Source of the DNA: Octopus sinensis
Taxonomy: Eukaryota
Reading direction: 5' to 3'
DNA length: 64,000 nt
NCBI RefSeq assembly: GCF_006345805.1
Contig: NC_043003.1
Location: forward strand, 51,398,001 to 51,462,000
Part shown: positions 16,211-32,445 of the stretch, in pieces
How the letters are laid out: every line of letters starts with the position of its first letter
Numbering within the stretch: position 1 is the first letter of the stretch
The notes under the pieces: model-generated
Told to the model about the DNA's origin: nothing
The model's database searches: none
The model's input: only the letters and a program-made list of their open reading frames with translations
Position numbers and translations under genes: made by a program

Positions 16211-16852
16211 AAACTTAGATAAAACTTAGATATGTTTCGACCAGAGATTGGTCCAGGCCATGTCTAACCTAATAGCACCACCTGATAGGATTATTCGAAT
16301 CCTGTTTAAGTCAAGTTTTGTTCAAGTAGTGAGTTCTTGTTGGGTGAGTTGTATCCAGTTTTGTTCAAGTAGTGAGTTCTTGTTGGGTGAGTTGTATCCA
16401 ATTATGGGTGGCTTGTCTGGTATTCTTTGAAGGAATCTATCCAGACTCTGTTTGAAGTTGATGGGATCCTTTTCCTCTTTGATCTCCCTCGGGACAATGT
16501 TAAATAGGGCAGGGCCTGTTGAGGAAAAGAAATTATGTTGCAGTGTACATGTATGTTGTGATCTTGAATTTGGCAGGGGACGTATAGCCCGTGGTCCAAG
16601 TCTCGGATGAACCTTGAAGCTAATGTTTAGGTCGTTTGGGCAAAGTTGGCGGTATATTTTCCACATCGTACAAATGATGTACCGCTCACGGCGACGCTGG
16701 AGGGAGTAAAGTTTCAAGGCTTTAAGGCGATCCCAATAGTCGAGAGCAGCCATGCCTTCAATTTGTTTAGTGAGAGCCCTCTGGGGTGACTCAATTCTGG
16801 AGATGTTTTGTCTTGTGTGAGGAGACCACAGTGGGCAGCAGTATTCAAGGTG
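16210..16852 (-). mobile_element. 5'-truncated CR1-group LINE 3' end inside (TA)n
   Basis: LEYCCPLWSP...RLKALKLYSLQRRRERY RT C-terminus; 42-bp internal tandem duplication; (tatctaagttt)x2 tail. Confidence 0.85.
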
Positions 16853-16867
16853 TATATATATATATAT

Positions 16868-16949
<82 letters not shown>

Positions 16950-16954
<5 letters not shown>

Positions 16955-17087
16955 AGAATTCACACACAAAAAGCAAAAGACAAAGACAGGTAGTGTAGAC
17001 AACAAACAGCTGTATTAGTTTAACGCTCGGGAAATGAAAAAGTCTTTAACGTTTCGAGCCTACCCTCTTCTACAGAAAGGAACACAG

Positions 17088-17092
<5 letters not shown>
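16950..17092 (-). mobile_element. Penelope-like terminal remnant with a degenerate hammerhead (copy at 21225-21363)
   Basis: Minus strand reads ctttCTGTAGAagagggtaggctcGAAAcgttaaag; flanked by (TA)n. Confidence 0.45.
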
Positions 17093-17138
<46 letters not shown>

Positions 17139-17220
17139 GTGTGTGTGTGTGTGGTGTGTGTAGATAGATAGATTGTTTAAGTATATGAGAAAAAGAGAGA
17201 GGGAGAGAGAGAGAAAAAGA

Positions 17221-21227
<4,007 letters not shown>

Positions 21228-21360
21228 AGAATTCACACACAAAAAGCAAAAGACAAAGACAGGTAGTGTAGACAACAAACAGCTGTATTAGTTTAACGCT
21301 CGGGAAATGAAAAAGTCTTTAACGTTTCGAGCCTACCCTCTTCTACAGAAAGGAACACAG

Positions 21361-21424
<64 letters not shown>

Positions 21425-21865
21425 AGATAGATAGATTGTTTAAGTATATGAGAAAAAGAGAGAGGGAGAGAGAGAGAAAAAGAAAGGGAGAGAGAGAGAG
21501 AAAGAAAGGGAGAGAGAAAGAAAGAAAGGGAGAGAGAGATGAACGCTACTTCCTTCTATCTGCGTGCAGCATACTTGCTCTATTATTCACTTACGCACTT
21601 AACTCTGCCTATCCTTCTCTGTTCCTATACTTTTCCTCTTTCCCTTCTTTTGTGTCCCTTAATTTTTTCTTCCCCTCTGTCCCTTTCCATGTACACTAAA
21701 ATGCATCTACACCTCTTTTTATGTGCATTTTGTTTTATTGCTCTGTAACTTTTATTCCCAACAATTTTACCTAAATGAATGTCAGCTAGTGAACGATTAA
21801 ATGTTTAATGTTTCATGTTAAACTCTTAAAACTCGGTTTTGGCAAAAATATGTAATACCTATATT

Positions 21866-22118
21866 GTTGTTGTTGACCCCCTTCGGTCACGACATTGACC
21901 ATGGGATTGCACCTAGAAAGTTACCCTCCTAGTCACAAGTCTGGGCAAGGTGGTTTATGGAAGACCAGCAGTCGCCCATGCATACCGGCCTCCCCTCTCC
22001 ACGCCACCAGTGTTATCCAAGGGAAAGGCAACGGCCGATACAGCTTGGCACCAGTGACGTCGCAACTCATTTCTACAGCTGAGTGAACTGGAGCAACGTG
22101 AAATAAAGTGTCTTGCTC
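21866..22118 (-). mobile_element. 5'-truncated SINE (family 3) with (AAC)n tail
   Basis: gagcaagacactttatttcacgttgctccagttcactcagctg core; a related tRNA-like head lies at about 36940-37060. Confidence 0.6.
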
Positions 22119-22155
<37 letters not shown>

Positions 22156-22599
22156 AAGAATAAATGTCCTAAGTTCCTCTCACCTGTCCTCTTTGTTGCA
22201 ATTGAACTCAAAACGCATAACTACGCCATTTGTCACCAACCAACCAGCCAGCCAGCCAGCAAGCCAGCCAGCCAGCCAGCAAGCAAGCGCACACACACAC
22301 ACCTACCAACCAACCAACCGGACCGATCGACAAACGACGTCACAACATGACAGCTTCAATACCCACCTCACCGCTACCATCCCACCACTAACGACCGTGT
22401 AATGTTGTTATAAGTTTCTCTATAAGCTAGTCTTTTAAATAAACATTTCAGTTATATTGGAAAGTAGTATGTGTATGTATGTATGTATGTATGTATGTAT
22501 GTATGTATGTATGTATGTATGTATGCATGCATGTCGGCGGCGGCGGCAGCAACAACAACAACACCAGCAGATACAAAGACAGCGCCGACAACACACGCT

Positions 22600-23160
22600 C
22601 ATAGAGATACATTGGATGTTCAGGAAAGTCTTTCAAGTAACGTCTCTCCAACCACAGGTCCTCCTTCAGAGTTCAGGAAAGGAGATACGTAACATCACTG
22701 GCCAGCCACGTCTGACAGCTAAGAGACGATGGGATTCCACACTTGATCTCATGGAAAATCCTCCAGAACCTAGGTCCCTACATCAACGGAACAAAACGTT
22801 GCAAGTTATGCATAGCTGAACGGGCAAGAATTATAAAGGACTCACTCGAACAAGGGAACATTCTTAATTCCAGAACAGAAATTTTCGAGCCATGTTTACA
22901 TTTCAGGACCTAGCATTTTGGAGCCCACAAGATGGCGGCACAGTCGGAAGTCGATAGCCGATAGCAAAGGGATATAATTCCCAATTGTTATCTTTGAGTA
23001 GTGAGGCATTTCCTCCTTTCCTCCTTCATATTTTCAAGAGGTCTTGGGCAAATAGGTTTTGGGATCTGACGATAGGCCATAAAGCTAAACCCTTTATGGA
23101 CAGGAAACCTAAGGTAATCCCATAAACCAGCCTTCCCCATTTATACTATATACGTCTCTG
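22600..23160 (+). mobile_element. Penelope-like (Neptune-type) retroelement 3' fragment: GIY-YIG C-terminus plus 3' UTR
   Basis: 22608-22913 translates YIGCSGKSFK*RLSNHRSSF...WKILQNLGPYINGTKRCKLCIAE...LNSRTEIFEPCLH, with two in-frame stops. Confidence 0.8.
23055..23128 (+). ncRNA. Type I hammerhead ribozyme fold
   Basis: Helix I GGUUUUGGGAU/AUCCCAUAAACC, core CUGACGA, helix II CCAUAAAG/CUUUAUGG, GAAA, helix III ACC-uaa-GGU, cleavage triplet GUA; base of helix II is imperfect. Confidence 0.7.
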
Positions 23161-24035
23161 CATCTTATAGTGTGCTTCTTCTTTCGGATTTATGTTTTTT
23201 ACAGACGGTATATATGTTTCTATTAGAACATACATACATACATACATACATACATACATACATACATACATACATACATACATACATGCATGCATGCATG
23301 CATGCATGCATATATATATATATATATTATATATATATATGTATGCATGAAGTTTTAAGAATATTTATTCAACGTTACGTTGAAAAATACCATACCTCGA
23401 CAGGCAGGTTATAACATCTGAGAGCATGCGAAAGAAAGTTAGATGTGGTAGAATTTTTTTTGCCTAGTTTGGCGTACACAAATTGTTAGCAGTAATCCAC
23501 AGATAGCGATAGATGATGTTGTAAGAGAACAGAATTAGAGCTAGTGAAAGTTGTAGGTTTGTGGGACGTTGTCTCACAGTTGCTGACAGTAAATTTCATT
23601 TCTCTCACTGACCATTGTCTTTAGTAGCTGCATTCCTTGTGATCATGATTCTAGCAGTCCGTTCCCTAACTAATTGAGTCGTTACGAGCCGCCTCGCTCA
23701 ATTGTTGCTAAGTGACTACTTGGTTGAGTCGTCACCAACTAATTTTTGTTTGGAGTGTTCTTGCTTTTATAACTAACCGGAAGGATAAATATATCATTGA
23801 GAACAATAGATTTATTTGGTGGTCTCATCTCTATTCTAGCTTTTGGTGAAGTAGAAGAGGTTAGAAAGGGTCAAGTGGTGAAGACATTATTTCGGCCTAG
23901 CTAAAGGCATCTGGAACATGCAAAACTGCAGTCATAGAAAAACCTTTGTTTCGCTATGGTAAAAGTTCTGTTCTGGTGTTTATTTAAATTTGGCTATGGT
24001 GGATCGAATCCACTTCACGCTTGCAAGATCCACTA

Positions 24036-24082
<47 letters not shown>

Positions 24083-24088
<6 letters not shown>

Positions 24089-26850
24089 ACACACTCATAT
24101 ATATAAATATTACTGTGTAAATTATAGGGGTAAACAATTTAGAATAATTTATTACCAGTGGTTCGCATGCGTAATAAAAGTCATAAGACAACATGTTTTC
24201 ATAAATAAGAGTTTAGAAAGATTTATACACAGAAAGAAGACCCTTGACAGGACTCCTTACATGCTAAAAAATAGTTCTAAAGTGTCTCCTCTCTGTGTAT
24301 AAATTTTTATACACCCTTACGTATGAAAATATGTTGTCTTATGACTTTTATTACGCATGCAAACCACTGGTGATAAATAATTCTAAATTTTTTACCCCTA
24401 TAATTCAAGCAGTAAAAGTTTCCTAATTATAAGGCCATATAGTATGCAGTTTAAATTTAAAGCAAATTGTGACAGGTGATGAGAAAGTATTATCTATAGA
24501 AATGTTCAGAGAAAGTGATCCTGGAGTAAGCGACATGAGCCACCCTTAGCCACCCCAAAAGCGGGTGTTCACCCTAAAAAGGTCTTACTTTGTGTCTTGA
24601 TGGATTGGAAAGGAATTTTGTACTATGAGCTTCTCCCAAATAACCAGACTATTAATTCTGAGAAATACTGCACACAACTGGATGAGTTAAAAGCAGCAAT
24701 TCAAGAGAAACGTCCAGAATTGGCCAACAGGAAGGGTGTTGTTTTTCAAAATGATAATGCAAAACCGCACGTTTATTTGGGAACCAGACAAAAATTGCTG
24801 CAACTCGGCTGAGATGTGTTACCCCACCCTCCATATTTACCAGATATTGCTCTCTGGGATTTCCACTTATTCAGGTCTCTGCAGAATAGTCTTAATGTTA
24901 AAAATTTCAATTCCTAGGATTTTCTAAAAAGATACCTTGATGAATTCTTTGCCATGAAACCACCTCAATTCTGGGAAGAGGGTATTTTCAAGTTAAAGGA
25001 AAGACGGAGACGCATTGTGCAACAAAATGGTTCATATCTGATTGATTAAAAATGTAATGGCAAGTATTTATTGACCTTTTTCTTTCCTTTAAAAATCGGC
25101 ACGAACTTTCTGGACAACCCAATATTTTACACACACACACACACACATATATGTACACGTGTGTTTATGTTACGCACACATATACACATGCACACATACA
25201 CACACACACAAACGCAGACATCTAATGAAAGATATCAAAAGCGCATATAATTTACCCACTAGTGTAGATAGTGGGGCGGTAGAGGCGGTCTTCCCCGGGC
25301 AGCACTTTCAAAGGCGGGGATGGTGTAATTTTGGGCTTGCTGTAGGCAATATGTGGTTTTTTGTGGTGTCCGGATGCAGCAAACGGAAGGGCCGCCAAAT
25401 GCGGTGCACACTCTAGCTACGCTTGTGAATTTACCCGATAAGCGCAAGGACAATTATGCATATAGGTTTCAGAACATGCAATCGAAAACCTATCTTAGAA
25501 AACGTCTAAGACAATATGACATCGCAGTAAACCTCAGGAAATGAGCCGCCAAATCTATGTATTCAGATACCCTGCTAGAAATAACAGCTAAATCTCTCTC
25601 AAATCATATTTTACTGCCTTAAATAAAGGGGAAACACAGGACGTACAAAATACACAATGGACACCGCCTGCATGCCTTTGATATCAAATCTGATCAATCA
25701 AGATTGACCTTAGGTCTTTGCATACCTATTATCAACAACATCAGTAGTGAGTAGAATTGCATGTTTCAAGAAAGAATGCTCAAAAGAATCACAGTAAGAA
25801 CAACAGCAACAAAGTTATCTATGCTTACCGTGTCGTAAATGTTCCCTGTATCAGTTCGAAAAACACTTCTGGATTCTTTAGAAACTTCTTTTGAGATTAT
25901 TGTCTTCCTGCGACTATTGACTGTTTTTATTCGTTTAGCATCTTTTGATATCTTAGCATATGACTTATTTCGTCGTTCAAACAAAGAGTGTTTTGAGTTA
26001 TCTGCACCCACTGCCCCGAGTTCGTTGAATGTATTTCGTTTAGCACTTAACTGCTTTGGTTTATTGCGTATTTTATAAAAGCTTTCCCTTTTTCTTTGGT
26101 GGACGTCATATAATTTGGCTGTAACTTGCAAAATCTTTCGCTTCTCTTCTCTGGTTTTGAAAGATTATTTATCTGATTACTATTAGAAAATACTCGTTTC
26201 ATTTGATCCAAACGTTCGTTAGATGCACTTGTCTTTCTTATTCGATGATTCTTTGTGCTAGCTAATGAATATTTAGAAGCAACATCTCTTTGGTTCAAGA
26301 CATCCATATTTCCCTTCTGGTTATCAAACAGTAGATTGAATTTCGATTTCACGTGTTTCTCAAGATCTTTATTGCTTATTCTTTCAACTTCTATTGGTTT
26401 TACCAAATTTTCTTGAATTTTCATGGGTTTCTGGAAGACGTTTCGTTTAAATTCTACCGTGGGACCAGCAATGCCATGAATGCCATCATCGTCTCGATTC
26501 CAGAAAGCTTTTACCATTGCAATTTCACGAGCATTACTTTGATTTGGTTTGTTTTTCGATACTGTTGTCGTCTTTAATTTAGGATTTGAAGACAAACTGT
26601 ATTCTGGTTCTAATACTCGTTTGTCAAAGATATGGGCATGTTGGGTTGATGATGCTTGTCTAGTAAAAGTATTGACAAAGAATTTCTTGAAATTTGTTGG
26701 TAAATGGATATGCTGCAAATATATAGGAATATTTCAGATTTTTACTAGGTATGCTAATATTTCTAGCATAGCCGGAGAAAAATCAGGCTCTCAAAAATTA
26801 TTACTTCCTTACACGTATACAGAGTAAATACAAAATTGCTATTTAACGGA
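24083..26850. repeat. Duplicated block E, copy 2 (copy 1 at 8250-11017)
   Basis: Identical ORFs at offsets 15823-15832. Confidence 0.95.
25829..26712 (-). CDS. Exon 2 of a putative secreted, dibasic-rich precursor; carries a 5-bp duplication frameshift near 26145
   Basis: tttgcag acceptor, ACG|gtaagc donor; 884 bp minus the 5-bp duplication = 879 bp = 293 open codons; phase matches exon 1. Confidence 0.6.
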
Positions 26851-26857
26851 TGTATTA

Positions 26858-27621
26858 GTTTTTCTTTGGTGGACGTCATATAATTTGGCTGTAACTTGCA
26901 AAATCTTTCGCTTCTCTGGTTTTGAAAGATTATTTATCTGATTACTATTAGAAAATACTCGTTTCATTTGATCCAAACGTTCGTTAGATGCACTTGTCTT
27001 TCTTATTCGATGATTCTTTGTGCTAGCTAATGAATATTTAGAAGCAACATCTCTTTGGTTCAAGACATCCATATTTCCCTTCTGGTTATCAAACAGTAGA
27101 TTGAATTTCGATTTCACGTGTTTCTCAAGATCTTTATTGCTTATTCTTTCAACTTCTATTGGTTTTACCAAATTTTCTTGAATTTTCATGGGTTCTGGAA
27201 GACGTTTCGTTTAAATTCTACCGTGGGACCAGCAATGCCATGAATGCCATCATCGTCTCGATTCCAGAAAGCTTTTACCATTGCAATTTCACGAGCATTA
27301 CTTTGATTTGGTTTGTTTTTCGATACTGTTGTCGTCTTTAATTTAGGATTTGAAGACAAACTGTATTCTGGTTCTAATACTCGTTTGTCAAAGATATGGG
27401 CATGTTGGGTTGATGATGCTTGTCTAGTAAAAGTATTGACAAAGAATTTCTTGAAATTTGTTGGTAAATGGATATGCTGCAAATATATAGGAATATTTCA
27501 GATTTTTACTAGGTATGCTAATATTTCTAGCATAGCCGGAGAAAAATCAGGCTCTCAAAAATTATTACTTCCTTACACGTATACAGAGTAAATACAAAAT
27601 TGCTATTTATCGGATGTATTA

Positions 27622-27624
<3 letters not shown>
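26858..27624. repeat. 764-bp tandem duplication carrying a 3'-truncated exon 2 (27476 to about 26862)
   Basis: ORFs 26549 and 27313 are identical at offset 764; the junction lies in a T run. Confidence 0.9.
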
Positions 27625-27652
<28 letters not shown>

Positions 27653-27862
27653 TCGTGTGCATATATATATAATAAATAGTAGGGAATATAATTCCAAAAC
27701 TTATATTATATATATATAAGATTAATCAGCCGAAATTGCGTGGATGATCTGGTTCTTGACTGAAGATTAGAGGCTTCGAATGACCCGTCCGTTTTTGTAT
27801 CGTCTATTTGAATGTTTTGCGTTCTTGTCCCATTTTGTATTTTTATATATATTTTTTATACA

Positions 27863-27911
<49 letters not shown>

Positions 27912-28344
27912 ACATATATATATATACTGGATTTGAACTATTTATAGATTTTGGATAACAGTGTTCTTATTGATGGGATCACTAGTGTAAATTCATGAGA
28001 GTAAATGGACATTCAGGAATAAGACACCTGTTGATCAAAGGTCAAGCTCATTGAAATATATTATAGGTGTAAATATTGTAAAGTTACTCTCCACAGATGG
28101 GATAAATAGTTTGGAAAATCATAACAATTCTATTAACATCTCACACAATTAAAAATTCATGTTGTTGCTAATTCTATGAAATATTTTATTGGTTACTTAC
28201 CATGTGGCTGTTTCTCAGTATTATCAAAGATGATGCTATCATTTTCTTCCAAACTATTGAAGGTACTTCAAGACATTCTTGGAACAACAGTCTGCGACTA
28301 TATTCGCAATATTTGATACCTTTAGATATAGAAATAAGTACATA

Positions 28345-28460
<116 letters not shown>

Positions 28461-28984
28461 TGTGTATATATGCGTGTGTTGTAGAACTGCATACCGAGTG
28501 ACCATGGACTGGAGAAATCGTCGCTCATCTATCATTGCGTTGTTATTTCGAGGTGTGACACAGCACTCTTAGGTGTGAACCATTCATCTCTAAATTCTGT
28601 TATATTTAACCAATACTTCAGTATTAAATATAGTGAGTTGGTAGACATTTTTGGGCGCTAGAAAAAATTCCTCATAATATTTAGTCACTAAATACCTGTG
28701 TTCAAATCAAGCCAGAATCGATAAACCAACAAGAGAAGTTCTGCACGGTCTACTGGCTTGCTAATTTTTTGTTAAATCTTCATCTTATAATGTTAAAAAC
28801 AAGGAATGATACATTAGCTTTTAGTGGTTTGGTTGGAACAAAGATATGCTATGGCTTTCGCAGGCCCTTTGAATCTGGTGAGATTGAGGCAGTTGATGTT
28901 TATCAATTGCAAATCGACAAAAATATCAGCAGGACATCTAGAGGAAGGGAAGCGAATAAGGTGGATGGGCTCAGTTGAAGCTAG

Positions 28985-29560
28985 GATGCTTTCATTGGGC
29001 ACTCTATTTCTTAGTCTCTGGATCATATCAGTAGATCCATCTTTCGTCACAGGTCACCAGAAACTCAAGTAACCTTGAACTGATGTCTTTCCTTCTGTTC
29101 GTCACTGAGCACGCTGGAAATCAACTTTGCATAAATTTTGCGCATGTTCAGACCTTCATGAATAATTCTGAGTACATTTGCTACACCAACTCCAAACTGT
29201 AGACACCCGCCAGTCTTCACAGACTGTCTTTATAGACACATGACAGTTTTCATTGAAAAAATTGCTAATTTTCTCAACTAGCTCCAATGTTCTGCTGTCC
29301 CTCTCCTTCCCACACCTCTCATCGTCTCTCTCCGCCTCTCTACAGACCTTTAATTTCTTGTGACTGAAAAACAAATGTTCAGCTCATACAAGTTAGTCCA
29401 TAAGCAGCCTGAAGCATTTCACAAGTTTCTATAGCATTTTTGCTCAGTTTAACACAGAACTTTAATGCATAGCGAAATTCCAAATTGCTTTCACGTCTCA
29501 ACTACATTCTGAAAACTAGTCAGCTCTGACAAGCAGTGTTTAACAGGGTATCTTCAAAGT
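28985..29560 (-). mobile_element. Degenerate mariner transposase N-terminal fragment
   Basis: NAIETCEMLQAAYG, DDERCG..RT.ELVEKI and LVTCDERWIY*YDPETK motifs. Confidence 0.7.
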
Positions 29561-29671
29561 GCTGTTACAACTTTCTCCATCAATCTGGAAGAAAAGAGTT
29601 GGCTAGTCAGCTTATTAGTTGTGTAGTAATCATATTGTAAAATTGTAATAATCTAGGACAATTATAATTTC

Positions 29672-30031
29672 GGAGATGTACTTGCATAGCAAGTGACCTG
29701 ATCTGAGATCGTGTGCTAGAACGAAAACAATTGCAGCGTGGAAGGTGTTTATAAGCCATTTAAGAAACACACAAAAACCGTTAGATTCACTTCAACATTA
29801 AATTTAATTTGTTAAAATATTTTCGTCGCTTTGAGACCGCGATCTGTTCACTGACAAAATTCAGTGCTGCATCTCGCGGAATTTTGTCAGTGAACAGAAA
29901 TTTTGTCAGTGAACAGGTCGCGGTCTCAAAGCAACGAAAATATTTTGACAAATTAAATTTAATGTTGAAGTGAATCTAACGGTTTTTGTGTGTTTCTTAA
30001 ATGGCTTATAAACACCTTCCACGCTGCAATT
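29672..30031. mobile_element. Insertion forming a 303-bp palindrome, flanked by a 13-bp direct repeat
   Basis: Arm 29729-29862 versus 29879-30031 (three transitions, one 19-bp duplication); CAATTATAATTTC at 29659-29671 and 30027-30039. Confidence 0.7.
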
Positions 30032-30668
30032 ATAATTTCCACTCTGAAAAAATTTTCAAAGTTTCTGGGATGCACCTTGTACCTTTAACGGAAACAGGGA
30101 AGCTGTAACTCTTGGAGGAGATCTTCCGATGAATATCGTTTCTTTGTTTGTTGATATTGCTGTTGCTTCTGTCTGTGTTGTTGCCGTAGTTGTAGTAGTA
30201 GTTGGTATTGTTGCTGTTGTTGTTACTGCTGCTTTTGCTTCTAGTGTTGACATCTATATTGTTTTTCGTATCACAATTATCCTGACACTTTAATAATAAT
30301 TAAAAGAAGAAAAAAAAAGATCTAATACGTTCGATAATTCAACACAAAATCTAGTTCAAGAAAGCAAATTAGGAAAAGATGTGGCTAATGTAGATTCGCA
30401 TCTCACCTTGAAAAATGCATTTTTCTGAAAAAGTTTATTCAGATTCCTAGGTTTCACATGTTGAAGATTACGAATATGCAAAACCAAATTTTTAAAATTT
30501 CAATCCATTCCACCCATCCTTTCTGTCCCCACACCCCCAATTTTAAATGCATTGTTGTATATTAAAGTAAGGAAATATCATTAAAGCAGGTATGTAATAT
30601 GAAGAAATAAGAGGATTTTTGTAATAATATCGAAACAACGATTTCTACAGTTTAACCAAATGAACATA

Positions 30669-30850
30669 GAAAGTGCACTTTACATGCCTGCTTTAATGAA
30701 ATTTCCACACTTCCAATCTACAAAAAAAAAATGCAAAAAAAAATTTTCAAAATGTTAACTACCCCCAACCTACCCGGCCCCAATTTTAAATGTATTGTAT
30801 ATTGGAAGTGTGGAAATTTCATTAAAGCAGATATGTAAAGTACACTTTCT
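30669..30850. repeat. 55-bp inverted repeat, with a third related copy at about 30545-30600
   Basis: agaaagtgcactttacatgcctgc...caatctaca versus its reverse complement at 30796-30850, four mismatches. Confidence 0.7.
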
Positions 30851-31198
30851 TATTTCTTTACTGCCCAAAAGGGGTTATACACAGAGGGGACATATAAGGA
30901 CAGACAAACGGATTAAGTAGATTATATCGACCCCAGTGCGAACTAGTACTTATTTAATCGACCCTGAAAGGATGAAAGGCAAAGTCGACTTCGGCGGAAT
31001 TTGAACTCAGAAAGTAAAGACAGACGAAATACCTATTTCTTTACTACCCACAAGGGGTTAAACACAGAGAGGACAAACAAGGACAGACAAACGGATTAAG
31101 TCGATTATATCGACCCCAGTGCGTAACTGGTACTTATTTAATCGACCCCGAAAGGATGAAAGGCAAAGTCGACCTCGGCGGAATTTGCACTCAGAGCG
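30850..31198 (-). mobile_element. SINE family 1 tandem dimer
   Basis: Two head-to-tail units of about 185 bp joined at gaaatacc|tatttctttactac. Confidence 0.85.
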
Positions 31199-31199
31199 C

Positions 31200-31329
31200 A
31201 TCATCATCATCATCATCATCATTATTATTATTATTATTATTATCATTATTATTATTATTCAGGTCACTGCCTGGAATCGAACTAGGAATCTTGGGGTTAG
31301 TAGCCCGCGCTCTTTACCACTACGCCATA
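31200..31329 (-). mobile_element. Short tRNA-derived SINE/pseudo-tRNA with (AAT/GAT)n tail
   Basis: A-box TGGCGTAGTGG, B-box-like GTTCGATTCC, poor acceptor stem, microsatellite tail. Confidence 0.6.
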
Positions 31330-32109
31330 ACTACGTGGGGTAACAAACAGGATGAGGACAAATATCCGTCAAATGTAAATAATGTAAATAATATTCCCCA
31401 ACTTATTTTGTGATTTAGCGGAGATGTTTGAAAAATAAGGGGGAATTCGCAGCAGTTTTCAGTGAACAAATTAAACACACAACTCGGCAGTGGCTAAAAC
31501 GCAAACCGAATAAGTTTATGTATAAATTTTCTTTTTATATGTTTGTTCCCTTTTACACAATATTAAAACAATGGCTAAAACTTTTCTGAAGCAGCCCCAT
31601 CCCTCCACTAATTTTATCTACGAGCTGCCACTGACATTGAATAATGTGTTCCTACTTGAAACAATCAAAGGATTTTCATGGGTAGAAATTTTGTACTTTC
31701 AGGTGCTTTTAATTACCACATATACCAGCAGGGGCAGTGGTAGTTTTCTTAATTTCGATTAGGTAGTAGTTTGTTGCAGCAAAAATGAGTTTAATAAATT
31801 TCACAAAACTAAATAAGTTCGTGTCGTACGAGGCGTCTAAATTCTAATGTTTGGGGATGAGTCATTGCTTGTATTATGGAGGAACAAAAGAAATTTTAAA
31901 ATTCAAATATGAGAAAGAAAGAAAAATATTGCTATTACGTTATAATAAAAAATTTCCCGGAACATGAGATATTTTCTTTAAATACAATTTTGAAAATTAC
32001 TAAGTAAAGCTAAAAATAAAATAATTTAAAAAGTAGAAACTGAAAAATATAAAATATATCAATTAAATGAAAAAAAAATAGAGGAAAAGGAAAAAAAACA
32101 TGTTCATAC

Positions 32110-32445
32110 TTGATTTTTTCTGTCATTACTCGGAAAATGATTTGTTAACTCATTTGATTTGTGGTGTCGTCTGCTTTGCTCAAAATTTTCTTTAACCTCA
32201 CGTTGTTTAAAAGTTTCTCCACGTTTGCTCAGTACGATTCGTGATAGAAATGTCTTATGAAATATTCGCTTCTGGTATTTGCTGTGAGAATCGGTTTTCG
32301 ATATAACTCCTGAACGGTCTCCAATAGTTACCCATTTCGAATGGCTATTTGCTACTTGCACCCCGCTCATCCGAACTAGCTTTGTAGAATTTTCTTCGAA
32401 CATTAGAAATATGATGCACAGTAGAAGATACGGTTCGATCGACAT
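32110..32445 (-). CDS. Exon 1 of a putative secreted, dibasic-rich precursor (112 codons)
   Basis: ATG, then signal-peptide-like MSIEPYLLLCIIFLMF; CAA|gtatga phase-0 donor. Confidence 0.6.

Noticed and set aside
28201-28319. Minus-strand exon candidate with a strong gtaagt donor
   Set aside because: Its only open frame starts in phase 1, incompatible with the phase-0 exon 1, and the AAG acceptor is weak.
31258-31329. Functional tRNA gene
   Set aside because: Poor acceptor stem and a microsatellite tail indicate a tRNA-derived SINE.
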